From an uncultured candidatus Porisulfidus sp. (GTDB taxonomy: Bacteria > Pseudomonadota > Gammaproteobacteria > Poriferisulfidales > Poriferisulfidaceae): 64,000 bases of DNA. Positions 18,414-28,552 of this stretch are shown here, in pieces; the stretch's first letter is position 1, and each line of letters starts with the position of its first letter. Position numbers and translations under genes: made by a program. The notes beneath the pieces were generated by a model. That model searched no databases. It was not told where the DNA came from and worked only from the letters and a program-made list of their open reading frames with translations. The stretch lies in assembly GCA_965204575.1 (NCBI GenBank), contig OZ241993.1, forward strand, positions 128,001-192,000, given 5' to 3'.

Positions 18414-18818
18414 TCAACCCTCAATCTCTATGCGCGACCGAAACCAACTGGCCAGTTCGCTTTCGCTGATTCCGCCTCCCACAACCTCTTCCATAGTCCT
18501 GACAGCGTCGAAAGGATCGAATTCGAGGTTCTGGTCATTGTCAGCCAGAAACACGCACGCCGTAACCCAGGCCGTGCGCTTTTTCCCGTCGGCAACGCCA
18601 TGATTCCGGGCCAAGCCGAAAGCGTAAGCCGCAGCCAGTTCGGCAATGTCGGGATCACCATTTGCGGAAAGATTCGTCGGATGCGCTAACGCGGATTTGA
18701 GCATACCCAAGTCGCGGACATCGGATGTGCCGCCATGCTCCGCGACTTGGCGGTCATGGACCGCGAGAACGACGGGCAGGGCAACCCAACGCCATGGACT
18801 GGAAATCTCTGCGCTCAC
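18414..18818 (-). CDS. Doc (death-on-curing, Fic) toxin with degenerate active site
   Basis: HDRQVAEHGG, AAAYAFGLARNH; motif HGVADGKKRT versus consensus HxFxDGNKRT. Confidence 0.8.
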   Translation of the reverse strand: MSAEISSPWRWVALPVVLAVHDRQVAEHGGTSDVRDLGMLKSALAHPTNLSANGDPDIAELAAAYAFGLARNHGVADGKKRTAWVTACVFLADNDQNLEFDPFDAVRTMEEVVGGGISESELASWFRSRIEIEG

Positions 18819-19042
18819 TTGGCCAAAGCCCGCAATACCTCTCGGTCATCATGCATCACTTTCTCCGCATGAACCATCTGGCGTTCAAACTCAGGGTCGT
18901 ACGGAGTCAACCGATAGCTGCCATCCGGCGCCTCGGTCATGTATAGCGTGTCACCCTTCTCGACCCCGAGACGTGCCATCGCCTCTTTGGTCAAAATGAT
19001 ACCGGCGGAAGAACCCACCGTGGTTACTTTGAAAGACAGCAT
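18815..19042 (-). CDS. AbrB/MazE family antitoxin
   Basis: KVTTVGSSAGIIL, LTPYDPEF, REVLRALAK; GTGA overlap with doc. Confidence 0.85.
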   Translation of the reverse strand: MLSFKVTTVGSSAGIILTKEAMARLGVEKGDTLYMTEAPDGSYRLTPYDPEFERQMVHAEKVMHDDREVLRALAK

Positions 19043-19297
19043 AATAAAACCCCCGATCTTTATTATAATGAATATTATATAGAAAAAGCAGGCTTATTTT
19101 GTGCTATTGTGAGCAAGTAGGCTAATTGTTTTGCGGGGGCGGTTGCGTGTCCGAGTTTTATCCTCCCTAAATCGGTATCTTCCGTCCCCGCCTACTACAC
19201 ACCTGAAACACATGACCGGGATCACGGCATCGCAGGCGTGCCGGTGCCCGCAATGCTCATACGATATTGTTGATCCCCCGCTTTTCCGGTCGGGCGG

Positions 19298-19373
19298 TGG
19301 TGGGCCATCAGGGACTCGAACCCCGAACCTGCTGATTAAGAGTCAGTTGCTCTACCAATTGAGCTAATGGCCC
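19298..19373 (-). tRNA. tRNA-Lys(CTT)
   Basis: GGGCCATTAGCTCAATTGGTAGAGC...CTCTTAA...GGTTCGAGTCC...ACCA cloverleaf. Confidence 0.97.
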
Positions 19374-19382
19374 ATCCTAGGA

Positions 19383-19459
19383 TGGGGTGAGCGACGGGAT
19401 TTGAACCCGCGACCTCAGGAGCCACAATCCTGTGCTCTACCGACTGAGCTACGCTCACC
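19383..19459 (-). tRNA. tRNA-His(GTG)
   Basis: G-1 present, anticodon loop TTGTGGC, GGTTCAAATCC, CCA. Confidence 0.97.
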
Positions 19460-19469
19460 GCCGATCGAC

Positions 19470-19546
19470 TGGCGCGCCCGGCAGGACTCGAACCTGCGAC
19501 CCTCGGTTTAGAAGACCGATGCTCTAATCCACTGAGCTACGGGCGC
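19470..19546 (-). tRNA. tRNA-Arg(TCT)
   Basis: GCGCCCGTAGCTCAGTGGATTAGAGC, loop CTTCTAA, GGTTCGAGTCC, CCA. Confidence 0.97.
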
Positions 19547-19583
19547 GATTCATCCTTGAGTCGAGACTCCGGACACCGTCTGC

Positions 19584-19660
<77 letters not shown>

Positions 19661-19763
19661 CCGTGCGCAGTTTATCAGATGGAGGCCCCGTGCAGCACCT
19701 AAAAGAGTGGCAAGATTTCCTCGGCACAGGCACCACGTTTGTTGGTCAAGTTGCTTGGGAGGA

Positions 19764-20154
19764 CTATAGCCAATTATCGACAACGAGGTCGGGTACGCGC
19801 GAGAATTCGCGTACGTTGTTGGTCACGAGGGGCAGCCCCAAGGCGAAGAATGTGCGGCGACCCAAGTGTCGTGATGCCTTATTCTCTGCCGCTGGTTTTC
19901 AGGTGCGCACGCACATGGGCATAAGTCTCTACGATGTGCTCGTCAATGGGGGCGACCCGCACCATACTCAAAAAATCGACCAAAGCTTGTCGGTTCCGGT
20001 CGCGGTTCGATTCATGAGACTTGGCCACGCCAGTGTGCAATTCGCCCGCGACTATCGCAGAGATCATGCAGTCGTTCATGGGTGCCTTGGGGACGACTTG
20101 CGACGAGCCCTTGATGAGGTACACGCAGTGGTCCGTGTCGAGCATGCACTGCAT
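19764..20154 (-). pseudogene. vapC: VapC PIN-domain toxin, frameshifted
   Basis: MLDTD...ELHTG N-terminus stops at 19879; HDTWVAAH and ALGLPLVTNNVREFSRVPDLVVDNWL continue after two successive frameshifts. Confidence 0.85.
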
Positions 20155-20422
20155 CAGTCAAAACTTTCGCGCTCTTCAACGGGCAGGTCATTGGCGCGAA
20201 GTGCCAGCACCGTCTCCGCAAAATCCTTTTCAGGCCGGGCCGAGTTCGCCCAGTAGTCTCCCAATCGGCGAAACGAGGACTCAAAATCAAATGCCGCCCC
20301 ACCTAGCGAATCGCCACCTCATCGCATCCTTCGGGAAAGCGAAACCTTTTGGGTAACCGTACGGCTTGGGAGCGCCCGGACATGAAAACCTTTGCGCTGT
20401 CTTGTTGCGTTGATGCGGCCAT
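20154..20422 (-). pseudogene. vapB: VapB (AbrB-fold) antitoxin with internal stop and frameshift
   Basis: AKVFMSGRSQAVRLPKRFRF...EVAIR-TAG-VGRHLILSP...; tail PVEERESFD in another frame with TGATG coupling to vapC. Confidence 0.8.
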
Positions 20423-20662
20423 GACAGGGCCTCCAGAATCTGAATGACCTTATTATGCCGTAAAGATATATCAAAAAGATATTCTTAGTGGCGGTGCCGG
20501 CTTGGGACACACGGGAGCCCGTTGATTCCGGTCACGCCTTTCTCAAGCGCCAGCCGTACATCGCCCGCCCGTAAAGGTTGGACACGAGGGAACAAAAGGG
20601 TGACAATGCTGTCAATAGTCCAAGGGATTTATCCCCCCTCTGTTAATCAACCTAAGGCAAAC

Positions 20663-20947
20663 ATGAAAAAATCACACTCTCTGGCATCCAGCCTGATCGT
20701 GCTGGCACTCGGCTCCGGCCTGGCTTCTACTTCCGCGCTGGCGGTTCCCGATGCCCCCAAGAACTGGGAGAAATGCACGGGCATCTCCAAGGCCGGAATG
20801 AACGACTGCGGCGCGACGGATGGCGCGCACCGATGTGCTGGCGCAGCTCCGGAAGACGGCATGGAAACCGAATGGATCTATGTTCCGGAAGGCACCTGCG
20901 AGAAGATCGTGGGCGGGGCCATATACGCAGTCAAGCCGGCAAAATAA
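20663..20947 (+). CDS. bufA1: DUF2282 / BufA1 bufferin precursor
   Basis: Signal peptide; [14 protein letters not shown]...HRCAG...[15 protein letters not shown] four-Cys pattern. Confidence 0.88.
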   Translation: MKKSHSLASSLIVLALGSGLASTSALAVPDAPKNWEKCTGISKAGMNDCGATDGAHRCAGAAPEDGMETEWIYVPEGTCEKIVGGAIYAVKPAK

Positions 20948-20954
20948 CCCTTCG

Positions 20955-21791
20955 ATGCCTGCCGCCGATACGGCGACTCCACTCACGGGAATGGGGGTCG
21001 GTTTACGCGGCCCCCACGTCCCGGACATCCTGCAGCAGAGCCCTGCGGTTCCCTGGTTCGAGCTTCTGACCGACAACCATTTGTGCGCAGGAGGCGCCCT
21101 CAGGTTCCAGGCCGAAGCCATCGCCGAGCAATATCCGGTGGCCCTGCACGGCGTCAACCTTTCTCTCGGCGGCGTTGACCCGCTGGATCGCGAATATCTT
21201 GGCCGGGTTCGGGCTCTCGCCAAAAACACCGCAGCCCGCCATGTCTCGGAACATCTTGCTTTCACGGCCTGCAACGGCATCCACAGCCATGACCTCCTTC
21301 CATTGCCATGGACCGAGGAAGCCCTGCGACACGTCGCCGGCCGGATCTCCGAGGTCCAGGATTTTCTCGGCCATGACATCCTGGTCGAGAACATTTCCAC
21401 TTACCTGGAATACGAACATTCCACTCTGAGCGAAGGCGATTTCCTGCTGGAACTCTGCACACGGACCGGTTGCAAACTTCTCCTGGACATCAACAATGTC
21501 TACGTCAACTCGGTCAACCACAGCCACGATCCACACGACCTGTTGGACGCCATGCCCTGGGCACATGTGCGCGAGGTTCATCTGGCGGGTCACGAGGAAC
21601 GCGATGGGCTTTTGATCGATACGCACGGGGGATGCGTCTGTGATGAGGTTCTGAACCTTTTCCTGGACGTGGTGCCACGCATCCCGGAGGTTCCGGTCCT
21701 GTTCGAGTGGGACACTTCGCTGCCTCCATGGCCTGTCGTCTGGCAGGAAACCCAGCGGCTTGACAAGGCCTATCAGGCCGCGTGCGCATGA
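20955..21791 (+). CDS. bufB: DUF692 multinuclear non-heme iron oxidase (MNIO, BufB)
   Basis: GVGLR, LHGVNLSLG, SEHL, VENIS, LLDINNVYVN, EVHLAGH, IDTH, EWD. Confidence 0.92.
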   Translation: MPAADTATPLTGMGVGLRGPHVPDILQQSPAVPWFELLTDNHLCAGGALRFQAEAIAEQYPVALHGVNLSLGGVDPLDREYLGRVRALAKNTAARHVSEHLAFTACNGIHSHDLLPLPWTEEALRHVAGRISEVQDFLGHDILVENISTYLEYEHSTLSEGDFLLELCTRTGCKLLLDINNVYVNSVNHSHDPHDLLDAMPWAHVREVHLAGHEERDGLLIDTHGGCVCDEVLNLFLDVVPRIPEVPVLFEWDTSLPPWPVVWQETQRLDKAYQAACA

Positions 21792-22570
21792 ATCTTTCGG
21801 AACTCCAGACCAAGATGCTGGAAGCGGTAACCCGAACGGGAAGCGCAGACCCCGGGCTCGACTCCTTGATCCCCCCGGCCCGCGGCATCCGCCCGGAAAT
21901 GCGGCTGGACGCCTACCGGACCAACGTCAGAGGAGCGCACTTGGAAGCACTGGATGCCGCTTATCCGGTGACCCGGGAGGTCTTGGGGCCCCGGTACTGG
22001 CGGCAACTTCTAACGCAGGAAATCCCGGCATTCGGATCCCGGTCTCCCGATCTGCATGAATACGGCGATTTCCTACCCGAACTGCTCGGCCGGGTGCAGG
22101 AAAGTCGCAAGGAATTGGCCGATCTCGATTATCTCGGTGAACTCGCGCAACTCGAATGGCAAGTCCACCTGGCACAATTCAAGGCACCGGATCCGGATTT
22201 TGACTGGGTCGCCTTTCAAGCCCTGGAATCGGATCACCAGATGCGGGTTCAGTTCACTCTGAGCCATGCATTGCACTTGATGCGGTTCTCCCAGCCCGTC
22301 GACGCGCTCTGGCATTCTCATCAGGAAAACGGCCTGGTTCTCCCACCCCAGTCTCCGGTAACCTGCTGCGTGCACAGGCAAAAATCGTTCGATGTGACCG
22401 TCACCCGGCTATCCGACAGCGATCAAAAGTTGCTGGAAGCGCTGGGCGAAGGTCAGTGTCTCGAAGCCTTGCCTGCCGGCGATTCGCAAACAACAGTCCA
22501 GGTATTGTTCGACTGGATTCAACTCGGGTGGATCAGCGGCTTCTCGCAGGGGCCGGGTCACCTGTCGTAA
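21788..22570 (+). CDS. bufC: DUF2063 MNIO partner protein (BufC/HvfC)
   Basis: RLDAYRTNV, ALDAAYPV, DLHEYG, ELAQLEW; ATGA coupling to DUF692. Confidence 0.85.
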   Translation: MNLSELQTKMLEAVTRTGSADPGLDSLIPPARGIRPEMRLDAYRTNVRGAHLEALDAAYPVTREVLGPRYWRQLLTQEIPAFGSRSPDLHEYGDFLPELLGRVQESRKELADLDYLGELAQLEWQVHLAQFKAPDPDFDWVAFQALESDHQMRVQFTLSHALHLMRFSQPVDALWHSHQENGLVLPPQSPVTCCVHRQKSFDVTVTRLSDSDQKLLEALGEGQCLEALPAGDSQTTVQVLFDWIQLGWISGFSQGPGHLS

Positions 22571-22576
22571 CGCGAC

Positions 22577-22840
22577 TCAAGACGCCAATTTCTTGTAGAG
22601 CGAGCCAAACCGAGCGTGACTCGTCCGATAGGCGCGCACTGCCTGAGGCCGCACTTTCCCCTGATGCCGGTCTTCAAGAAGATGCTCAAAGGCTTCTTCG
22701 GTAATCGCCTGGATCTGACGCCCTTCCCCTTTCGCCAAAGCACGCACTTTGTCGAGCAGCTTGCGATCTATTTGCGTTGTGAAATTGACGCGAGAGGGCG
22801 ACAGGGGTTTCTCCGGAACTTTCGTTTGGATTCGTGTCAT
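22577..22840 (-). CDS. Ribbon-helix-helix antitoxin-like protein
   Basis: FTTQIDRKLLDKVRALAKGEGRQIQAITEEAF RHH pattern; ATGA overlap with the zeta-like gene. Confidence 0.7.
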   Translation of the reverse strand: MTRIQTKVPEKPLSPSRVNFTTQIDRKLLDKVRALAKGEGRQIQAITEEAFEHLLEDRHQGKVRPQAVRAYRTSHARFGSLYKKLAS

Positions 22841-23472
22841 TTTCCTCTGTAGGTTTCGATCTGGGGCCGGTACATCCTGGATGCCCAGTCGGGGATGGGG
22901 TCCGCCAGTCGGGTGATCCTTCCCTTGGCCAGAGTCATCACGGACTGGTACGTTATACCTGAGTGGCAGGATTGGCGGGAGTTGTCCCAAACATAGGTGA
23001 AATCAGCGACCATGCTCGCTTTTTGGATGTGGGTCACGGTGCGGCTGTAACGCGAGAGGATCTTGTCTTTGTGCACGTCGTGGCCACCGGAGCCGACTCG
23101 ATCCCGAACCCGCTTGTAAGCCAGTTCTGCGGGATAGACATGGATGTGGTTCAGCACGACTTCGAACCCGGCGTGTTGGGCATCTTCAACCAGCTGGTTC
23201 TTCGACTCATGCGAGAAAACCGTTTCAGTGACGAAAGACTGTCTCACCTTTATATACTGGGCACGAATTCCAGCAGCCAGCTTGCCCATTTCGAGACTAT
23301 GTTTTCCGACCTCGTTGGGAAATCTGGCTTGCTCCATTTCGTCAGCATTGACGAATGGGTACTCGCACCCGGACTTGTCCAGGAGGGGCTTGGCCCGTTG
23401 ATAGTAAAACGTGGTTTTTCCAGCGCCATTGATGCCGCAGATAAGGATTAAGACGGGCTTCTCAATCGCCAT
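22837..23472 (-). CDS. Zeta toxin / AAA_33 family P-loop kinase
   Basis: GINGAGKTT Walker A, VNADE, ETVFS, RVRDRVGSGGHDV, WDNS. Confidence 0.85.
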   Translation of the reverse strand: MAIEKPVLILICGINGAGKTTFYYQRAKPLLDKSGCEYPFVNADEMEQARFPNEVGKHSLEMGKLAAGIRAQYIKVRQSFVTETVFSHESKNQLVEDAQHAGFEVVLNHIHVYPAELAYKRVRDRVGSGGHDVHKDKILSRYSRTVTHIQKASMVADFTYVWDNSRQSCHSGITYQSVMTLAKGRITRLADPIPDWASRMYRPQIETYRGK

Positions 23473-23548
23473 GATTGGTTGGCTGTCCCGAGCACGGCCA
23501 GCAATTACGACCGGCCGTAGCCGCAGAGATGTGTTGCGCCCGGAAAAG

Positions 23549-23902
23549 TCATGGTTTACTCAAGACGTTGCCATCAACATCGCAGCGGGTACCATCGGCC
23601 AGTACGCCGATAATCTTGCCGCCTTCTTCGCCCCAGCTAATGCGGCCGGCGGCAGAGAATTCTTTCGCGTCCTGAATCGCAGTCTCCGTGACAATTCCAG
23701 CTTCCGCATCTTCGACAAGGGTATCCATGACATTGCCGACAAGTTCCTGATCCATCAGTTTCGCCGGGTTTGCTCGAAACACAGCATCGATCAAAACGCC
23801 CAGTTGGGCAGGCTGGCTGCGCTTCTCCCGGTCCGCAAGCATTCGGAGCTTGGCGAGAGAGTCACGGTCGATTTTGACTGTCGTCATGTTGGTCGAAGCC
23901 AT
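23549..23902 (-). CDS. Putative RHH (ParD-like) antitoxin upstream of the zeta-like kinase
   Basis: N-terminal TTVKIDRDSLAKLRMLADREKRSQPAQL RHH-like pattern; CAGGAG RBS. Confidence 0.55.
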   Translation of the reverse strand: MASTNMTTVKIDRDSLAKLRMLADREKRSQPAQLGVLIDAVFRANPAKLMDQELVGNVMDTLVEDAEAGIVTETAIQDAKEFSAAGRISWGEEGGKIIGVLADGTRCDVDGNVLSKP

Positions 23903-24143
23903 AGAAAAATCTCCTGAATGATCCAGAATCCATCCGTGAGTATACCAAAGGTAGACAGGAGTGTCTACGAAAGGTAGCCGAAAGGCTGGGATTATTCAAT
24001 GGCCCATGAGAAAAACAACCTGAAACCGGGCTGCCGAACGTTAATCCGGCTTGGAAAACGCCTGGAAACGCGACGCTTACCCAGAGTGGCATGTAATGGA
24101 GGGAGTTGCCACTTGAAGTAACAAGTCTTAGAAACTTACCGGG

Positions 24144-25337
24144 CTAACTTTTAGTCAAGCTCACCCGCGCCACGCGTCGGCGTCCGACCTGCAATACAAC
24201 CGGGTCGTCAAAAGGCAACTCGCATTTGGGATCACTGATTTTCTCCCCATCCATCCGAACCGCACCCGCCTCCATCATTCGCCGCGCATCCGAAGTCGAG
24301 GGGCACAGCCCTGCCTGTTGAAGGGCATTCGGCAGCGGCAGCGCCTCTTTCGCCTTCAGCTTGATCTCTTCCATGTCTTCCGGCAACTGGTGGTCGCGGA
24401 AGCGCGCCGTAAAATCTTCCTGCGCCCGTTCGGCCGTCGCCTCGTCATGGAATCGGGCAACGAGTTCCCGCGCCAATTCCAGTTTTGCATCGCGCGGATT
24501 CGCGCCATCCTCGACCTGTTGCCGCAAATCTTCGAGTTCCGAATCCGGCCGCAAACTCAGCAGATCGAAATACCGCCACATCATCGGATCCGACAGCGAC
24601 ATCAACTTGCCGAACATCTGTTCGGGCTCTTCCTGAATCCCGATGGCATTGTCGTAGGTCTTGGACATTTTCCTCACCCCGTCGGTCCCTTCCAGAAGCG
24701 GCAGGGTCATCACAACCTGCGGCGGTTGTCCTCGCCGTTTCTGCAATTCCCGCCCGACCAGCAGGTTGAACGTCTGGTCCGTCCCGCCCAGCTCCACATC
24801 CGCCTCCAGCATGACCGAGTCATAGCCCTGGATCAGGGGATACAGGAATTCGTGGATCGAAATCGGCTGGTTCTCGCCGTGACGCTTGGCGAAATCGTCC
24901 CGCTCCAACATGCGCGCCACCGTGTGTTCGGAAGCCAGACGGATCAGGTCGTCCGGCGTCATCTGGTCCATCCACTCCGAATTGAAGCGCACCTCGGTCT
25001 TCTCGCGGTCCAGTACCTTGAACGCCTGCTCCAGATAGGTCTTCTGGTTGTCCTGCAACTCCTTCGCGGTCAGGATCGGGCGCGTGGCATTGCGGCCGGA
25101 CGGATCCCCGATGCGCCCCGTGAAGTCCCCGACCAGGAAAATCACCTGGTGCCCAAGATCTTGAAACTGCCGCATTTTATGCATCAGCACCGTGTGGCCC
25201 AGATGCAGGTCCGGTGCGGTGGGGTCAAACCCGACCTTGACCCGGAGCGGCCGTCCGCCTTCCAGACGTTCAGCCAAATCCTCCTTGTGGAGAACCTGTT
25301 CAGTTCCACGGAGAAGTGCGGTGAGTTCGGTGTTCAA
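24144..25337 (-). CDS. tyrS: Tyrosine--tRNA ligase
   Basis: [34 protein letters not shown]-terminal S4. Confidence 0.97.
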   Translation of the reverse strand: MNTELTALLRGTEQVLHKEDLAERLEGGRPLRVKVGFDPTAPDLHLGHTVLMHKMRQFQDLGHQVIFLVGDFTGRIGDPSGRNATRPILTAKELQDNQKTYLEQAFKVLDREKTEVRFNSEWMDQMTPDDLIRLASEHTVARMLERDDFAKRHGENQPISIHEFLYPLIQGYDSVMLEADVELGGTDQTFNLLVGRELQKRRGQPPQVVMTLPLLEGTDGVRKMSKTYDNAIGIQEEPEQMFGKLMSLSDPMMWRYFDLLSLRPDSELEDLRQQVEDGANPRDAKLELARELVARFHDEATAERAQEDFTARFRDHQLPEDMEEIKLKAKEALPLPNALQQAGLCPSTSDARRMMEAGAVRMDGEKISDPKCELPFDDPVVLQVGRRRVARVSLTKS

Positions 25338-25537
25338 AAGCGGAGAAAACAGGTGGATAATTTGGGGAATGGAACGGCTGGCCTAACCTGAACGCCGCCT
25401 CCAAAACCTTCCAGGACAAAGCTTCGCATGCAGCAAACGGGCTTCACGCATTATAAATGTTCGTCTCGACATTCCCATGCCTTATATACTGACACTTCTC
25501 GGTCAGGCTCAAACACGAAATCCCGGTTTTCGGAAGG

Positions 25538-25566
25538 TTGACGAAATACAATAAATTCGATAGAGT
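25538..25566 (+). promoter_or_regulatory. Sigma70 promoter for the M23 peptidase-anmK operon
   Basis: TTGACG-17 nt-TAGAGT about 35 nt upstream of ATG 25602. Confidence 0.6.
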
Positions 25567-25601
25567 TCCTGCTAACTTTCCCAATACTTGCCTGTTTCGG
25601 C

Positions 25602-26975
25602 ATGTTTTCACTGTCATTTTTCTGGGCCAGTTTTTCGCCAAGGCCAAGTTGGCGGCATGCGTGGGCGATCTTTATCTCCCTGGGCCTGCTCGCGGTCGTT
25701 CTATCCTTTGTCCCGAAGCCCAACGCAACCCACGCCTCCATCACGGCGGCGCCACAGCAACCACCTCCGCATGCGGTCGCTCAACCCGCCTCACACGCCA
25801 AACAAACCAGCCTGCCCGCCGCTTCCCTAAGACAAGACATCAAGATCCCGAATTCTCTCCCCGCCCCACGTAAATGGGATGCGGAAGTCACGATCCGTTC
25901 CGGCGATACCTTGAGCGGGATCTTCAAGCGACTGGGCTTGAGCCGCTCTATCCCCGCCCTGCTGCGGCTCAACAACGCTGGCAAGTCACTGCATCGGCTG
26001 CGTCCCGGCCAAACCCTGCATCTCAACCAGGACGACCAGGGACTGCGCCGTCTGATGTACCGGACAGCCCTCAACAAAGAAGCCCACTATTGGCGCATGC
26101 CGGGCGGCACTTACACCGTGGGCGAGATCAGCCTGCCGATGAAACTCAAGCGCCGAACGGTCAGCGGCATGATCGACCGCACCCTGTTCGATGCTGGAAA
26201 CGATGCGGGCCTCAGCCACGCCATGATCCTGGAACTTGCATACATCTTCGGCTGGGATATCGATTTCGCCCTGGAAATCCGAAAAGGCGACCGGTTCAAG
26301 TTGGTCTGGGACGAACACTGGATTGAAGGTCAACATGCTAAAGACGGCCCGATCCTTGCTGCTGAATTCGTCAACCAAGGCCGAACGTATCGGGCACTGC
26401 GCTACATCGGGAAGGATGGTCGCGCCGATTACTACACGCCGGACGGGAAGTACCTGCGCAAGCAGTTCTTGCGCACCCCCGTGGACTTCACCCGCATCAG
26501 TTCCCATTTCAACCCGCGCCGATTGCATCCGATACTCAAACGAGTCCGGCCACACCGCGGCGTCGACTACGCCGCACCCACAGGGACTCCCGTTTATGCG
26601 GCCGGCGACGGAAAGGTCATACACCGCGGCTGGAAAGGCGGCTACGGCCGAGCAATCTTCATTCGGCACGGCACCCGTTACACCACCGTCTATGCGCACC
26701 TCTCAAGGTATGCCCGCGGTCTCCGGGTCGGCAGCAAGGTAACCCAGGGACAGATCATCGGCCGGGTCGGAAGATCCGGCATGGCCACCGGCCCCCACCT
26801 GCATTATGAATTCCGGGTCGACGGCGTTCACCGCAACCCCGTCAAGGTCAAACTTCCTCCTCTCAGACCTCTGCTGTATGTTGAACAGGCCGACTTCCGC
26901 CAGCAGACATGGCCCATGCTGGTTGCCCTGAGGGTGCCTGACGATCTCCAGACGGCCGACATCCATGCCCGATGA
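25602..26975 (+). CDS. M23 peptidoglycan DD-endopeptidase (MepM/OapA type)
   Basis: LysM-like GDTLSGIF, HRGVDY, YAHLS, TGPHLHYE. Confidence 0.92.
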   Translation: MFSLSFFWASFSPRPSWRHAWAIFISLGLLAVVLSFVPKPNATHASITAAPQQPPPHAVAQPASHAKQTSLPAASLRQDIKIPNSLPAPRKWDAEVTIRSGDTLSGIFKRLGLSRSIPALLRLNNAGKSLHRLRPGQTLHLNQDDQGLRRLMYRTALNKEAHYWRMPGGTYTVGEISLPMKLKRRTVSGMIDRTLFDAGNDAGLSHAMILELAYIFGWDIDFALEIRKGDRFKLVWDEHWIEGQHAKDGPILAAEFVNQGRTYRALRYIGKDGRADYYTPDGKYLRKQFLRTPVDFTRISSHFNPRRLHPILKRVRPHRGVDYAAPTGTPVYAAGDGKVIHRGWKGGYGRAIFIRHGTRYTTVYAHLSRYARGLRVGSKVTQGQIIGRVGRSGMATGPHLHYEFRVDGVHRNPVKVKLPPLRPLLYVEQADFRQQTWPMLVALRVPDDLQTADIHAR

Positions 26976-28066
26976 GTACGCTGTATCTGGGTGCCTTGTC
27001 CGGCACCAGCATGAATTCCATTGACGCCGCACTCTTTGACTTCGCCTCCGAACAGCCAAAACCTCTCGCCCGTCACGCCGCGTCTTTCCCCGACCTCCTC
27101 CGGGAAAAACTGCAACACCTGATCCTCAACCCGCACTCCCTTCAAGAGTACGCGTTGGCCGAATATGCGCTCAGCCAGAGTTTCGCCCAATGTATCCAGG
27201 CCCTGCTCGAAAGCAGCAACGTAACGCCAGACCAAATCGCGGCAGCCGGCATCCATGGTCAGACCCTTCTCCACCAGTCCGGCGCCGAACCTCTGCTGAC
27301 CCTGCAACTCCTCAATCCAAACCAGATCAGCGCGCAATGCGGAATTCCGGTCATCAGCGACTTTCGCCGGCGTGACCAGGCCGAAGGCGGGGAAGGGGCC
27401 CCTCTTGCGCCACTCGCTCATCAGCGCCTGTTTCATTCCGTGACCGAAAACCGGGCCGTCGTCAACATTGGTGGCATCGCCAACATCACTTGGCTGCCGG
27501 CCGATGGGACGGCGCAGGGTCATGACAGCGGACCGGGAGGCGGCCTGCTGGATGAATGGAGCCAGTTGCACCTGAGCGAAGACTACGATCAGGATGGCCA
27601 GTGGGGAAGAACCGGAACGGTACAGGAAGAACTGCTGGAGACGATGTTGCGCGACCCTTACTTTGCGCAACCTCCACCCAAGAGCACGAGCCGCGAGTAT
27701 TTCTGCCGTTCTTGGCTTGAGGGTCTGATTACGGACCATCCGGCCAGCCCCGAAGATGTCCAAGCCACTCTGACTGAACTCACCGCCCGCAGCATTGCCA
27801 TGGCGCTACAAGCCGGCTCGCCGGCGGCGCAGAGAATCCTGCTATGCGGCGGCGGGGCTCGGAACACCTATCTCAGGGAACGCCTCGCGACCCTATTGCC
27901 CGTGCCCGTCGAACTCACCGACGAATACGGCCTGGAAGCCGAATGGGTGGAATGCTTTCTGTTCGCGCTGCTCGCTTGCCTGCACGATCGCAAGGAGGCC
28001 GTCGACCTGACGGCAATTACGGGCAGCCGAAAAGCTGCCGTGCTGGGTGCGGCCTGGCCGGCCTAA
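26972..28066 (+). CDS. anmK: Anhydro-N-acetylmuramic acid kinase
   Basis: SGTSM, HGQT, DFRRRD, GGEGAPL, NIGGIAN, CGGG. Confidence 0.95.
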   Translation: MSTLYLGALSGTSMNSIDAALFDFASEQPKPLARHAASFPDLLREKLQHLILNPHSLQEYALAEYALSQSFAQCIQALLESSNVTPDQIAAAGIHGQTLLHQSGAEPLLTLQLLNPNQISAQCGIPVISDFRRRDQAEGGEGAPLAPLAHQRLFHSVTENRAVVNIGGIANITWLPADGTAQGHDSGPGGGLLDEWSQLHLSEDYDQDGQWGRTGTVQEELLETMLRDPYFAQPPPKSTSREYFCRSWLEGLITDHPASPEDVQATLTELTARSIAMALQAGSPAAQRILLCGGGARNTYLRERLATLLPVPVELTDEYGLEAEWVECFLFALLACLHDRKEAVDLTAITGSRKAAVLGAAWPA

Positions 28067-28075
28067 GGATCCGTT

Positions 28076-28441
28076 TTACGGGGAAAACGAGGAACCGCAG
28101 CCACAGGTGGTCGTGGCGTTGGGATTCCGGATTACGAACTGCGCACCTTCCAGGCCCTCGGTGTAGTCGATCTCAGACCCAACCAGGTACTGGAAACTCA
28201 TCGGATCAATCAGAAGGGTCACCCCGTCATTCTCGACCTGGGTGTCGCCGTCCTGGATCTCCTCATCGAACGTGAATCCATACTGAAACCCGGAACAACC
28301 GCCGCCACTGACGAAGACACGCAGCTTCAGCGCGTCGTTCCTCTCTTCCTCGATCAACTGCTTCACTTTCTGCGCAGCCGAATCGGTAAAAATCAAGGGC
28401 GCAGCCGAATCCATCTCGGGGGCGGGCATTGCTTCGCTCAT
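28076..28441 (-). CDS. erpA: Fe-S cluster insertion protein ErpA
   Basis: [25 protein letters not shown]. Confidence 0.95.
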   Translation of the reverse strand: MSEAMPAPEMDSAAPLIFTDSAAQKVKQLIEEERNDALKLRVFVSGGGCSGFQYGFTFDEEIQDGDTQVENDGVTLLIDPMSFQYLVGSEIDYTEGLEGAQFVIRNPNATTTCGCGSSFSP

Positions 28442-28552
28442 GCAACTGTCCTCGAAGTCCGTTGTCAGCCTTTAATCATAGCATAAAATTCAGACTCGGC
28501 CTAGCCCAAATCAAGATAACTGATTGTCTTTGCTAGGAATTTTATGCATCTC

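Noticed and set aside
20531-20558. ECF (SigF-like) promoter GTCACG...CGTA upstream of bufA1
   Set aside because: Mismatched -35 and spacing longer than expected; unsupported without TSS data.
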